Part shown: positions 19,571-29,025 of the stretch, piece by piece
How the letters are laid out: the number at the start of each line of letters is the position of its first letter
How positions within the stretch are numbered: the first letter of the stretch is position 1
Assembly (NCBI GenBank): GCA_964588985.1
Contig: CAZPQW010000002.1
Span: 160,001-224,000, forward strand
Direction: 5' to 3'
Source: an uncultured Solirubrobacteraceae bacterium
Lineage (GTDB): Bacteria > Actinomycetota > Thermoleophilia > Solirubrobacterales > Solirubrobacteraceae
DNA: 64,000 nt
The notes under the pieces: generated by a model
Seen by the model: only the letters and a program-made list of their open reading frames with translations
Database searches by the model: none
Told to the model about the DNA's origin: nothing
Position numbers and translations under genes: made by a program

Positions 19571-19885
19571 ATGGTGATGTTCGAACAGTCGCGCCGCCTG
19601 TCCGAGCCGCTGCGCTGGGGCCGACGCGAGAAGACCGCGCTGGCCGTGGTGCTCAGCGCGCTGGCGATCTGCCTCGCGGCGCTCGGCGTCTACGCCGCCA
19701 CGACCGGCGCACCGGCCCGCGCGGACTGCGTGACCGTGACGTTCGCGAGCACGCTCGGCGGCGCCGAAATGCACGCGTGCGGCTCCAAAGCGAAGCTCCT
19801 GTGCGCCTCCGGCGCGCACCGCCCGATCGCGCCGCAGCTGAGCGTGGCCTGCCGCAAAGCGGGCTTCCCGTTCGGCGCCGGCTAG
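19571..19885 (+). CDS. Hypothetical membrane-anchored protein with four Cys
   Basis: One TM helix then a Cys-containing tail; coding-like codon usage. Confidence 0.6.
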   Translation: MVMFEQSRRLSEPLRWGRREKTALAVVLSALAICLAALGVYAATTGAPARADCVTVTFASTLGGAEMHACGSKAKLLCASGAHRPIAPQLSVACRKAGFPFGAG

Positions 19886-19928
19886 CGGCCTTCCGCCATC
19901 CGGAAGGACTCCGGAGAGCGTTGTCGAC

Positions 19929-19954
19929 GGCGTCTAGACAAATGTCTAAACGCC
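19929..19954. promoter_or_regulatory. Inverted repeat upstream of amt, candidate repressor site
   Basis: GGCGTCTAGACA-AA-TGTCTAAACGCC, 12 bp arms with one mismatch. Confidence 0.55.
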
Positions 19955-20092
19955 CCGGCCAAGTGTTAGCCACGGTGGCCCTACCCGCGTTCGACGATGC
20001 CGGATTTCATACCGGGACTGTCATTGGCGCACGGTGTCCGCTCGGGTTGGGGCGCCGTACGCCACATCTACAACGGTAGGAAATGGAGGCCC

Positions 20093-21496
20093 ATGTCCTG
20101 GCTGGCATATCCAAGTTGGCTTAACGCAGGTGATAACGCGTGGCAGATGACCGCCGCGACCTTCGTCGGGCTGATGAGCCTGCCGGGCCTGGCGGTCCTG
20201 TACGGCGGCGTCATGCAGAAGCGCTGGTCGGTCAACAGCATGATGCTCACGTTTGTCGCATTCTCCCTCGTCCTCGTGGCGTGGGTGCTGTGGGCGTTCA
20301 AGATGGGCTTCGGCACCCCGATCGGAAGCGGCCACGGCTTCTTCGCGTCGATGTGGGGCAAGTCGGGGACCGTCCTGTCGGCCGGAGCCGAGGAGGGACA
20401 GGCGATCATTCCGTCGATCACGGAAGGCCCGCCGTTCCACTTCCCGATGGCCTCGCTCGTGTACTTCCAGTTCGTGTTCGCGGGCATCACTCCGATCCTG
20501 ATGCTGGGGTCGGTGCTCGGGCGGATCAGCTTCAAGGCGTGGATCCCGTTCGTGCTGCTGTGGATCACGTTCGTGTACACGGTCAACGCGTTCCTGATCT
20601 GGGGCGGTGGCTACTTCGCCTTCCACGGCGCGCTGGACTACTCCGGTGGTTACGTCATCCACCTCGCGGCCGGCATCTCCGGCTTCGTGGCGGCGGCGGT
20701 GATCGGACCGAGATTGCAACGCGATCGTGAGATCGACGCTCCGAACAACCTGCTGATGGTTGCCTGCGGCGCCGGTCTGCTGTGGCTGGGTTGGAACGGC
20801 TTCAACGGTGGAGACTCCTACTACGCCGGCGCGAACGCGTCCGCGGCGGTCCTCAACACGAACGTCTGCACCGCTGTGGCGATGCTCGTGTGGATCGGGT
20901 GGGACTACGCCTTCCGCGACAAGCCGTCGCTGATCGGCTCCGTCAACGGCATGATCACGGGGCTGGTTGCGATCACGCCTTCGGCCGGCTTCATCACCGG
21001 CTGGGGGGCGATCTTCGTGGGCATAATCGCCTCGACGATCGTGTGGTTCGCGATTCGGTTCCTCAGCCGAGCGCCGGTGTTCCGAAACGTGGACGACACG
21101 CTCGGGGTGATCTACACCCACGGGATCGCGGGTCTGACCGGTGGTCTGCTGGTCGGGGTGTTCGCCAACCCGAAGGTGGTCGAGTACATCGGCTCGGGCG
21201 GCGGCGCATCCGACCTGCCCGGCAAAGCCGGAATCATCCACGGCAGCTGGACGCTGCTGCGCTGGCAGGCCGAGGCCGGCGCATGGGTGATCGTGTTCAG
21301 CGGCGTGATGACGTTCATCCTGCTGAAGCTCGTGGGTATCTTCGTGCCCCTGCGTCTCTCCGACGAGGAGCTCGAGATCGGCGACCACGCGATCCACGGC
21401 AACGAGGTGTACCCGTCGGACGTGCCGACACTCGGCGGTCCCCACGCAGCCGCGTGGCAGCCGGGCTCCGCGGTTCCCGCGGGGGCTGGCGCGTAA
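20093..21496 (+). CDS. amt: Ammonium transporter (AMT2/MEP-alpha-like)
   Basis: GDNAWQMTAAT, FQFVFAGIT, DYSGGYVIH, WLGWNGFNGG, GLVAITP, THG (twin His); GGAGG RBS. Confidence 0.95.
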   Translation: MSWLAYPSWLNAGDNAWQMTAATFVGLMSLPGLAVLYGGVMQKRWSVNSMMLTFVAFSLVLVAWVLWAFKMGFGTPIGSGHGFFASMWGKSGTVLSAGAEEGQAIIPSITEGPPFHFPMASLVYFQFVFAGITPILMLGSVLGRISFKAWIPFVLLWITFVYTVNAFLIWGGGYFAFHGALDYSGGYVIHLAAGISGFVAAAVIGPRLQRDREIDAPNNLLMVACGAGLLWLGWNGFNGGDSYYAGANASAAVLNTNVCTAVAMLVWIGWDYAFRDKPSLIGSVNGMITGLVAITPSAGFITGWGAIFVGIIASTIVWFAIRFLSRAPVFRNVDDTLGVIYTHGIAGLTGGLLVGVFANPKVVEYIGSGGGASDLPGKAGIIHGSWTLLRWQAEAGAWVIVFSGVMTFILLKLVGIFVPLRLSDEELEIGDHAIHGNEVYPSDVPTLGGPHAAAWQPGSAVPAGAGA

Positions 21497-21518
21497 GGCA
21501 GGGAAGCCTGCTCTCGAC

Positions 21519-21549
21519 CCGGGCGCGTCCTCCCCACGGACGCGCCCGG
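21519..21549. terminator. GC-rich hairpin between convergent amt and msrA
   Basis: Perfect 12 bp stem CCGGGCGCGTCC/GGACGCGCCCGG with a 7 nt loop. Confidence 0.55.
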
Positions 21550-21670
21550 CATCGGAGCGAGGGACGACAGCGGCTCCGCCTCGGCGGGGCCGCTGTTCTT
21601 TAACGGGCAGGGACTGGCAGGGGCGTCGCGGATCGACCGTGCTGGTTGGTCGACCGCGCGGGGCGGCCGC

Positions 21671-22330
21671 TCAGCTGACGATGCCGACCGGGCAGGACAC
21701 GCCGGTGCCGCCGAGGCCGCAGTAGCCGCCGGGGTTCTTGGCGAGGTACTGCTGGTGGTAGTCCTCGGCGTAGTAGAACGGGTGGCTCGCGTCGGTCTCG
21801 GCCAGTTCGGTGGTGATCGTGCCGTGGCCGGCCGCGGAGAGCATCTGCTGGTAGGCGCGAAGCGACGCCTCGGCGGCGGTGCGCTGGGCCTCGCCATGCC
21901 ACATCAGCAGCGAGCGGTACTGCGTGCCCTGGTCGTTGCCCTGGCGCATGCCCTGGGTCGGGTCGTGGCCCTCCCAGAAGATCCGCAGCATCTCCGCGTA
22001 GCTAGTGCGCGCGGTGTCGAACGCGACGAGCACCACCTCGGCGTGCCCGGTGTGCCCGCCGCACGTCTCCTCGTAGGTGGGGTTGGGGGTGACGCCGCCC
22101 GCGTAGCCGACCGCGGTGGTGTACACGCCGTCGGCTTCCCAGAACAGCCGCTCGGCGCCCCAGAAGCAGCCCATGCCGAAGATCGCCGTGTCGACGCCCT
22201 CGGGGAACGGCGGGGTGAGCGGGGTGCCGAGCACCGCATGGCGCTCGGGCACGCGCATCGCCTCGGTGCGCCCGGGCAGGGCGGCGGTGGGGTCCACCAT
22301 CGCTGTGTGGTCGCGGCCGAAGAAGCGCAT
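21671..22330 (-). CDS. msrA: Peptide methionine (S)-sulfoxide reductase
   Basis: [32 protein letters not shown]. Confidence 0.96.
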   Translation of the reverse strand: MRFFGRDHTAMVDPTAALPGRTEAMRVPERHAVLGTPLTPPFPEGVDTAIFGMGCFWGAERLFWEADGVYTTAVGYAGGVTPNPTYEETCGGHTGHAEVVLVAFDTARTSYAEMLRIFWEGHDPTQGMRQGNDQGTQYRSLLMWHGEAQRTAAEASLRAYQQMLSAAGHGTITTELAETDASHPFYYAEDYHQQYLAKNPGGYCGLGGTGVSCPVGIVS

Positions 22331-22340
22331 GCCACTGAGG

Positions 22341-23510
22341 CTAGCGCGCGTAGACGGTGAAGAAGTCGCGATCGTCAGGTTCGAGGTACCTGCTGGAGGA
22401 GCGGTTCATGCTTGGCAGCAGGTTCGCGGGGTGTTCGGCGCCGGGGGCGCCGTAGGTGATGAAGCTGACCCAGAAGGAGTTGATGTCGAGCTCCATCGCG
22501 CGTACCGCGCCGGCGCGGACGAGGGTCTTGGCGAGGCTCTGGACGGTCTGGTTTTCCCCGGCGGCGTAAATCAGGTTGCCGCGCTTGTCCACTCCCACTC
22601 CGGAGCGCCACACGAGGATCGCGTTGCCCACCGTCGCACCCCATTCGGCGGTGTTCGAGACGTTGGCGGTCGTCTTGCCGTCGTTGACGATCAGCGGCAG
22701 GTTCTGGCGGGCGAAGGACACGTTCGCGGGCGCGGTCGCGCCTGCGCTCCAGTCGACCACGTCGACGTTGCCGTTGGCGTAGCCGACGAGTGTGCCCTGC
22801 CCGTCGCGCATCGGCGCGTAGGTGTGGCCGCGCAGCACGAACCCGCCGTGGGAGTCGCTCAGCTTGAAGCCGCTGTTGAAGCTCGCGAGCAGATGCGGGC
22901 GTTTGCCCACGGGGATGTCCATCGTCCCGCGCGGGAGCGACACCGACGGCTCGAGGCGCCCGGCGTGCAGCGCGAGGCGCGTGCGCTTGGTGTCGATCCA
23001 CGCGACTCCCGCGACCACGCGCGGGTATTCCGGCTGGTCGCGCAGCGTCGTGACGAGCACCGGCGGGTGGGCTTCGAGGCTCGGCCGGGTCGCGTGCCAG
23101 ACGCCCTCGCCCGCCAGGGCTGGGTGCAGCATCGCGTGCACGCGCGCGGGCCGATATTCGCTCGACACGGTGCTCACGGCGCCCGCGACGCCCGCCTGCG
23201 GCAGCGCACGCAGGGTTGGTCCGCCCTTGCTCGGGGCGGTGAGTGCGTAGTAGGTCGACTCGATCTGCGCCACCAGTCCGGCGGCGCCGTGGTCGCGCAG
23301 CCACTCGACGCTGCGAATCCCGAAAGGCGAGTTCGACTGCTGGCTGAGCGCGCTGACGAACGAGAACGCGGCGGGAATCAGCGCGATCGTCGCGGCCACG
23401 AGCGCGATGCGGCGTATGCGACCGAGCAGGCCGATGTCCGGACGCGCCCGCGACGTGGGAAGATGGGGGGAGGTTTGGAGATTGGGCGTAAGCGCGCCGC
23501 CGAGGTCCAT
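22341..23510 (-). CDS. Phosphodiester glycosidase (NAGPA/DUF2233-like) membrane-anchored protein
   Basis: N-terminal TM; [28 protein letters not shown]. Confidence 0.7.
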   Translation of the reverse strand: MDLGGALTPNLQTSPHLPTSRARPDIGLLGRIRRIALVAATIALIPAAFSFVSALSQQSNSPFGIRSVEWLRDHGAAGLVAQIESTYYALTAPSKGGPTLRALPQAGVAGAVSTVSSEYRPARVHAMLHPALAGEGVWHATRPSLEAHPPVLVTTLRDQPEYPRVVAGVAWIDTKRTRLALHAGRLEPSVSLPRGTMDIPVGKRPHLLASFNSGFKLSDSHGGFVLRGHTYAPMRDGQGTLVGYANGNVDVVDWSAGATAPANVSFARQNLPLIVNDGKTTANVSNTAEWGATVGNAILVWRSGVGVDKRGNLIYAAGENQTVQSLAKTLVRAGAVRAMELDINSFWVSFITYGAPGAEHPANLLPSMNRSSSRYLEPDDRDFFTVYAR

Positions 23511-23751
23511 GCGCAGACTGTACGAGCAGGATCGTCGCGCTCCGCCCGGGATTGCGCGATTAAGCGGATTCTAACTAAGAACAATCTCACCGCCAAACGT
23601 CATCCAACTGCAGTGATAGACACATCGGTGTGGAATCCTTGCCGCGGGTGGGTGGCGGGCTTCCTTTGACCATCGAGCGACGCAACCGGAGGTTTCGAAA
23701 ATTAACCCACTCGAGGCAGTCACCGAGGAGCGAGACATCCCGCTGCGGGTC

Positions 23752-24675
23752 GTGAAGGACGAGAGCGCGCTCCATGCGCTGCCCGCTCCGGTTCAACTGC
23801 GCCCGGCAAGCAGGCCGTCCGCGCGGGTGCTGCTTCGCGCGTGCAGGCCGCGCCAGTGGGCGAAGAACCTGCTCGTGCTCGCTGCGCCGTGCGCGGCGGG
23901 CGTGATCGACAGGCCGCTGGTTGCGGCGCAGGTGGCGGGAGCGTTCGTCGTCCTGTGCCTGATCTCGAGCGCGACGTATCTCGTCAACGACGTGCGCGAC
24001 CGCGAGCAGGACGTTCTCCATCCACGCAAGCGCCTGCGACCGATCGCCGCGGGGGAGCTTCAGCCGTCGACCGCCCTGCGGATCGCGGGCGTGCTCGCGT
24101 TCCTCGGCATCGCGCTCGCGACCGCGATCGCCCCCGGTCTGGGCGCCGTGGCGGTCGCTTATCTGGCGCTGACCGCGAGCTACTCGCTGTGGCTGCGTCG
24201 GGTGGCGGTGGCGGACGTGCTGGTGATCGCGGCTGGCTTCGTGCTGCGCGCGCTCGCGGGCGGGATCGCGACCGACATCTATCTGTCGCGCTACTTCGTC
24301 ATCGTCACCGCATGCTGCGCGATCTTCCTGGTGGCGGCGAAGCGCTACGCGGAGTTGCGCGAGCAGAACGGATCGACGCCGGCGCGCGCGTCGCTGCGGC
24401 GCTACTCGCTCGGCCACCTGCGTCTCACGCTCGCGGTGTCGGCGAGCCTCGCGGGCGTCGCGTACACGGGCTGGGCGTTCACGCGCCCGAGCCACGTCGT
24501 CTGGTACGGCCTGTCGATCGCGCCGTTCCTCTTGTGGCTGGGCCGCTACGCGAACCTGATCGGTGCCGGCGCCGGGCAGGCTCCGGAGGAGCTGATCCTG
24601 CGCGACAGGACGCTGCTGGCGCTGAGCTTGGCGTGGGGCGTGCTGTTCGTCGGCGGCGTGTATGTCGGTCGCTGA
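23752..24675 (+). CDS. Decaprenyl-phosphate phosphoribosyltransferase (UbiA family)
   Basis: RPRQWAKNLLV, YLVNDVRDREQDVLHPRKRLRPIAAG, GFVLRALAG, KRYAEL. Start may be ATT 23701. Confidence 0.9.
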   Translation: MKDESALHALPAPVQLRPASRPSARVLLRACRPRQWAKNLLVLAAPCAAGVIDRPLVAAQVAGAFVVLCLISSATYLVNDVRDREQDVLHPRKRLRPIAAGELQPSTALRIAGVLAFLGIALATAIAPGLGAVAVAYLALTASYSLWLRRVAVADVLVIAAGFVLRALAGGIATDIYLSRYFVIVTACCAIFLVAAKRYAELREQNGSTPARASLRRYSLGHLRLTLAVSASLAGVAYTGWAFTRPSHVVWYGLSIAPFLLWLGRYANLIGAGAGQAPEELILRDRTLLALSLAWGVLFVGGVYVGR

Positions 24676-26095
24676 GGCGACGCGCGGGCGGGCTCGCGCG
24701 GTGAGCGGCGAGCGGTCGCTGTGCGGGTGGGGCAGGACGCGACCCGGCCGCTGTCAGATCGTGCGCCCACGCGGGGCCGAGGAGGTGCTGGAGGCTTTTG
24801 ACGCGTCCGCTCGTGGTGGCGGCGGGGTGATCGCGCGCGGCGCGGGGCGCAGCTATGGCGACGCGGCCCAGAACGACGGCGGCGAGGTGCTCGACATGAC
24901 CGGCCTCGACCGGATCCTCTCGATCGACCCCGCGAGCGGTCTCGTGAGGGCGCAGGCGGGCGCGACGATCGCCCAGCTGATGGCGCGCCTGGCGGCCCAC
25001 GGGCTGACGGTGCCGGTGGTGCCGGGGACGCGGCACGTGACGCTCGCGGGCGCGATCGCGAGCGACATCCACGGCAAGAACCACCACCGCGACGGGGCCT
25101 TCGCGAGGCACGTGACGTCGATCTCGCTGTGCACCCCGGCGCACGGCCTCGTGGAGGTCACGCCCGAAAGCGACCCCGGGCTGTTCTACGCGACGCTCGG
25201 CGGGATGGGACTGACGGGCGTGGTGCTCGAGGCGACGCTTCACGCGGAGCCGCTGGCCTCGCCGTGGGTGGCGGAGGACGCGGATCGCACCGACGGCCTC
25301 GACGAGACGCTCGCGCTGTTGAGCGCGGGAGAGGAGCGCCACCGCTACTCGGTCGCGTGGCTCGACCTGCTCGCGGAGGGCTCGAAGATGGGACGCGCGA
25401 TCGTCAGCCGCGCCGACGCGCTGCCGGCCGAGCAGCTGAAGCTCCCCTCGCGCGGGCGCGGCGCCGCACGCCACGCCTACCCGGGCGTCCTGTCGCAGCC
25501 CCCCGCAGTCGACGTGCCGCGGGCGTTCCCCGGGGCGCTCCTCCATCCGGCCGCCATACGCGCGTTCAACGCACTGCGCTGGCGTGCGGCGCCGCGACGG
25601 GAGCGCAGCCGTCCGCTGGCGCTCGTGCCGTACTTCTTTCCGCTGGACGTGCTGGGCGAGTGGAACCGGCTGTACGGCAGTGGAGGGCTGATCCAGTACC
25701 AGTTCGTGATCCCCATGGGCGCCGAGGCGACGCTCGTGCGCTGCTTCGAGCTGATGCGCGCCCGCCGGCTGCCGGTGTACCTCGCGGTGTTCAAGCGCTT
25801 CGGCGCGCAGTTCGGCGGTCCGCTGTCGTTCCCGCTCGAGGGCTGGACGCTCGCGGTGGACCTGCCGGCGACGGCCCCCGGCCTGGACGTTGCGCTGCAG
25901 GCGCTGGACGAGCTGGTCGCGGGGTGCGGCGGGCGGGTGTATCTCACGAAGGACGCGCGCATGCGCGCGGATACGCTGCGTGCCATGTATCCGCTGCTGG
26001 AGCGATTCGAGGCCGAGCGCGAGCGCGTGGACCCCGACGGGGTGCTCCGCTCCGATCTGGCCGTGAGGCTGGGGCTGTGCGGGGAGGCTCGATGA
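24662..26095 (+). CDS. dprE1: FAD-binding oxidoreductase, DprE1-like
   Basis: ARGAGRSYGDAAQN, PVVPGT, DIHGKNHH, GGMGLTG, YSVAWLD, GGRVYLTKD. Confidence 0.88.
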   Translation: MSVAEATRGRARAVSGERSLCGWGRTRPGRCQIVRPRGAEEVLEAFDASARGGGGVIARGAGRSYGDAAQNDGGEVLDMTGLDRILSIDPASGLVRAQAGATIAQLMARLAAHGLTVPVVPGTRHVTLAGAIASDIHGKNHHRDGAFARHVTSISLCTPAHGLVEVTPESDPGLFYATLGGMGLTGVVLEATLHAEPLASPWVAEDADRTDGLDETLALLSAGEERHRYSVAWLDLLAEGSKMGRAIVSRADALPAEQLKLPSRGRGAARHAYPGVLSQPPAVDVPRAFPGALLHPAAIRAFNALRWRAAPRRERSRPLALVPYFFPLDVLGEWNRLYGSGGLIQYQFVIPMGAEATLVRCFELMRARRLPVYLAVFKRFGAQFGGPLSFPLEGWTLAVDLPATAPGLDVALQALDELVAGCGGRVYLTKDARMRADTLRAMYPLLERFEAERERVDPDGVLRSDLAVRLGLCGEAR

Positions 26096-26856
26096 GCTCG
26101 GCGAACACGGGATCCGCCGGCAGGAGGGTGCTGGTGCTCGGCGGCACCTCGGAGATCGCGCTCGCGATCGTCTCGGCGTTGCAGGCGCAGGAGCCGCGCG
26201 AGGTCGCGCTGCTCGGCCGCGACGGCGCGGCGCTGGGTCTCGCTGCGGAGAGGCTGCGCGAAGCCGGAGGTCCCGGGGTGAGCACGTTCGAGTGCGACGC
26301 GCTCGACACCGACCGACATCAGGCGGTGGTGGCGCAGGCGTTCGACGAGCTCGGTGGCGTCGACATCGCGATCGTCGCGGTGGGCGAGCTCGGCGAGCGC
26401 GCGGGCCTGCCGAGCGACGTGGACGCGGCGGTGCGGAGCATGCGCGTGAACATGGTGGGGGCCGGGTCGCTGCTGCTGCACACAGCGCGACGGATGCGCG
26501 AGGGAGCGGGGGGGACGATCGTGGTGCTCTCGTCGGTCGCCGCGGAGCGCCCGCGTCGCGCGAACTCCGTCTACGGCGCGTCGAAGGCGGGGCTCGACTC
26601 GCTCGCGCAGGCCGTGGGGGACGAGCTGCACGGCAAGGTGCGCCTGCTGGTGGTGCGCCCGGGCTTCGTGCGCACGCGCATGACACACGGTCTCGAGGAG
26701 GCGCCGTTCGCGTGCACGCCCGATGTGGTCGCGAGCGCTGTGATGAAGGGGCTCGACGGTCGCGCGCACACCGTCTGGGCGCCCTCCACGCTGCGTTGGG
26801 TGATGCTCGTCATGAGGCTGATCCCACGGCCGATCTTCCGGAGGATCGAGCGGTGA
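26092..26856 (+). CDS. dprE2: SDR, DprE2-like reductase
   Basis: LGGTSEIALA, SSVAAERPRRAN, YGASKAG, VRPGFVRTRMT. Confidence 0.85.
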   Translation: MSSANTGSAGRRVLVLGGTSEIALAIVSALQAQEPREVALLGRDGAALGLAAERLREAGGPGVSTFECDALDTDRHQAVVAQAFDELGGVDIAIVAVGELGERAGLPSDVDAAVRSMRVNMVGAGSLLLHTARRMREGAGGTIVVLSSVAAERPRRANSVYGASKAGLDSLAQAVGDELHGKVRLLVVRPGFVRTRMTHGLEEAPFACTPDVVASAVMKGLDGRAHTVWAPSTLRWVMLVMRLIPRPIFRRIER

Positions 26857-27155
26857 GCGCGGCGCGCTCCTCCGGTGAGCTGCCGCGGCGGCGCGAACGC
26901 GTGCCGGGACCGCCCGCCGACATCGAACGCCTGCGCGCACGGCGGCGCGATGCGCTGCGCCGGCGCCGGAAGGCGCGAGTCGATCTCGGGCTCGGGGTGC
27001 TGGGCGCGATCGTGCTGTGGATCGTGGCCGCGGGACTTGCGATCGCGGCGCTGATCGCGGGGATCGTGCTCGTGGCGTGCGCGGTGTCGTTCGTGGTCGG
27101 GCGCCGCCGGCGGCGACGCGCGGAGCCCGAGCGGGCGCGTAGCTCCAAGCTCTAG
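26853..27155 (+). CDS. Small 2-TM membrane protein
   Basis: GTGA overlap with the dprE2 stop; hydrophobic hairpin flanked by Arg runs. Confidence 0.6.
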   Translation: MSAARSSGELPRRRERVPGPPADIERLRARRRDALRRRRKARVDLGLGVLGAIVLWIVAAGLAIAALIAGIVLVACAVSFVVGRRRRRRAEPERARSSKL

Positions 27156-27610
27156 CGCGGCTCGAGCACGAACACTCCGATGTCGCGCGAGGTGCGCTCG
27201 TCGTAGTCCTCGAAGCCCGCGTACTGCTCGTTCATCTTCCCCCACAGCTCCGTGCGCTCCTCGCCCTCCGTCAGGCGCGCGCGAACGTCGCGGCGCTCGC
27301 CGCGGATCTGCACCTCGCAGTCCGGGTTCGCCTTGATGTTGTGAGACCACGCGGGCGCTTTGGTGTTGCCGGCGTTCGAGCCGATCACCACCACGCGCTC
27401 GCCGTCGGCGAGGAACAGCACCGGCGCGGTGCGCGGCTGGCCGCTGCGCCGCCCGATCGAGGTGAGCAGCAGCACCGGCGCCTGCCCGACCTTGCCCATC
27501 ACGCGGCCGCGCGTGAGACGGTAGATCGGCACGTTGAGCTTGCCGAGCGCGCGCAGCATGCCGGCGGGCATCGACATCGACAGGCGCGAGTAGGCGTGGT
27601 CGCTTGGCAT
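27152..27610 (-). CDS. F420-dependent (Ddn-like) nitroreductase family protein
   Basis: LLLTSIGRRSGQPR, GSNAG...PAWSHNIKANP, RDIGVFVLEP. Confidence 0.9.
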   Translation of the reverse strand: MPSDHAYSRLSMSMPAGMLRALGKLNVPIYRLTRGRVMGKVGQAPVLLLTSIGRRSGQPRTAPVLFLADGERVVVIGSNAGNTKAPAWSHNIKANPDCEVQIRGERRDVRARLTEGEERTELWGKMNEQYAGFEDYDERTSRDIGVFVLEPR

Positions 27611-27671
27611 GAGGCGAGTATGAGCCTAACTCAGTGCGATGGCGCGGTGTGACGAATGTAGAGTGCGTTCC

Positions 27672-28583
27672 ATGGACGTCCGCTACGAGGTGCGCGACCG
27701 GATCGCGCGGCTCACGCTCAACCGTCCCGAGCGCGGCAACGGGATCACGCGCCGCCTGGTGGACGAGCTGGCCGCGTGCGTCGAGCGCGCCGACCTCGAC
27801 CCGGCGGTGCACGTGCTGCTCCTCAGCGGCGAGGGGCCGGGCTTCTGCGGCGGCTATGACCTCGTGGACAGCGCCGAGGGCATGGGGGCTGAGGAGGAGG
27901 CCATTGGTGGGGAGGCCGCTCCGAGCGGATCGCCGCTCGACCCGGCGGTGATGGCGGCCAACCACGACCCGCGCGGGACGTGGGACCCGATGGTGGACTA
28001 CGCGATGATGAGCCGCAACGTCCGCGGCTTCATGAGCCTGTTCCACTGCGGCAAGCCGGTCGTTTGCATGGTGCACGGCTTCTGCGTCGCGGGCGGCACC
28101 GACATGGCGCTCTGCTCGGACCTGCTGGTGATCGCGGAGGACGCCAAGATCGGCTACCCGCCGGCGCGGGTTTGGGGCTCACCGACGACCGCGCTGTGGG
28201 CGCACCGCGTGGGCGCCCAGCGCGCCAAGCGGCTGCTGTTCACCGGCGACTCGCTGTCGGGTGCGGAGGCCGTCGAGTGGGGCCTCGCGATCGAGGCACC
28301 GCCCGCGGAGCTGCTGCGGGAGCGCACCGAGGTGCTGATCGAGCGGATCGCGCGGATGCCGATCAACCAGCTGATGCTGATGAAGCTGCTCGTCAACCAG
28401 TCCCTCTACGCGCAGGGCCTGCACTCCACGCAGGTGCTCGGCACCGTCTTCGACGGGATCACGCGCCACACCGCCGAGGGCTACGCCTTCCAGCAGCGCG
28501 CCGCCGAGGCCGGGTTCCGCGAGGCGGTCCGCGAGCGCGACGAGCCGTTCGGCGACGCCGGACGCTCGACGTTCAAGGGGTAG
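27672..28583 (+). CDS. Crotonase/enoyl-CoA hydratase family protein
   Basis: LTLNRPERGN, FCGGYDL, KPVVCMVHGFCVAGG, AKIGYP. Confidence 0.92.
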   Translation: MDVRYEVRDRIARLTLNRPERGNGITRRLVDELAACVERADLDPAVHVLLLSGEGPGFCGGYDLVDSAEGMGAEEEAIGGEAAPSGSPLDPAVMAANHDPRGTWDPMVDYAMMSRNVRGFMSLFHCGKPVVCMVHGFCVAGGTDMALCSDLLVIAEDAKIGYPPARVWGSPTTALWAHRVGAQRAKRLLFTGDSLSGAEAVEWGLAIEAPPAELLRERTEVLIERIARMPINQLMLMKLLVNQSLYAQGLHSTQVLGTVFDGITRHTAEGYAFQQRAAEAGFREAVRERDEPFGDAGRSTFKG

Positions 28584-28635
28584 GGACGGGGCGCTGGACG
28601 CTCGTGGGCGACGGAGGCTAGAATGGCCGCAGTAC

Positions 28636-28709
28636 GCGGATGTAGCTCAGCTGGCTAGAGCGTCGCCTTGCCATGGCGAAGGTCGAGGGTTCGAATCCCT
28701 TCATCCGCT
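28636..28709 (+). tRNA. tRNA-Gly(GCC)
   Basis: Acceptor GCGGATG/CATCCGC, anticodon arm TCGCC-TTGCCAT-GGCGA, GGTTCGAATCC; TAGAAT -10 box upstream. Confidence 0.95.
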
Positions 28710-28713
28710 TCAG

Positions 28714-28748
28714 ACAAAGCCCTCGGATTTCCGGGGGCTTTGTTGTTT
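28714..28748 (+). terminator. Probable terminator after tRNA-Gly
   Basis: ACAAAGCCCTCGG-ATTT-CCGGGGGCTTTGT followed by TGTTT. Confidence 0.65.
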
Positions 28749-28778
28749 CTGAGGCGGGGTGAGGTGGAGGCGTTTGGT

Positions 28779-28809
28779 CCGTGGGTAGCAGCCGTGGGTA
28801 GCAGCCGTG
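28779..28809. repeat. 13 bp tandem direct repeat
   Basis: CCGTGGGTAGCAG twice, then CCGTG. Confidence 0.85.
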
Positions 28810-28889
28810 AGCGTGAATCGCTGAATCTCGATTCGCTGTGATCCGGTCCTACGGGTGCGTGGACGCCCGAGATAGGGCCGCGCCCGTCT

Positions 28890-28985
28890 CTAATCCCGAG
28901 CGGCTTCGGCGCGGGCGAAGATGTTCGCCAGGGGCGTGTCGAGTGCCTCGGCGATCCTGACGATGTTCGTGAGGGAGACGTTGGG
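28890..28985 (-). pseudogene. C-terminal half of an XRE HTH regulator
   Basis: Manual translation PNVSLTNIVRIAEALDTPLANIFARAEAARD*; in-frame TGA two codons upstream and no start codon. Confidence 0.65.
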
Positions 28986-29025
28986 TGCTCATCTGATCGC
29001 GACAGCGTGGACGACGCCGTGATCT

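Noticed and set aside
23600-23710. c-di-GMP-type riboswitch upstream of the ubiA-like gene
   Set aside because: Only scattered GAAA/GACGCAA words; paired P1/P2 stems could not be built.
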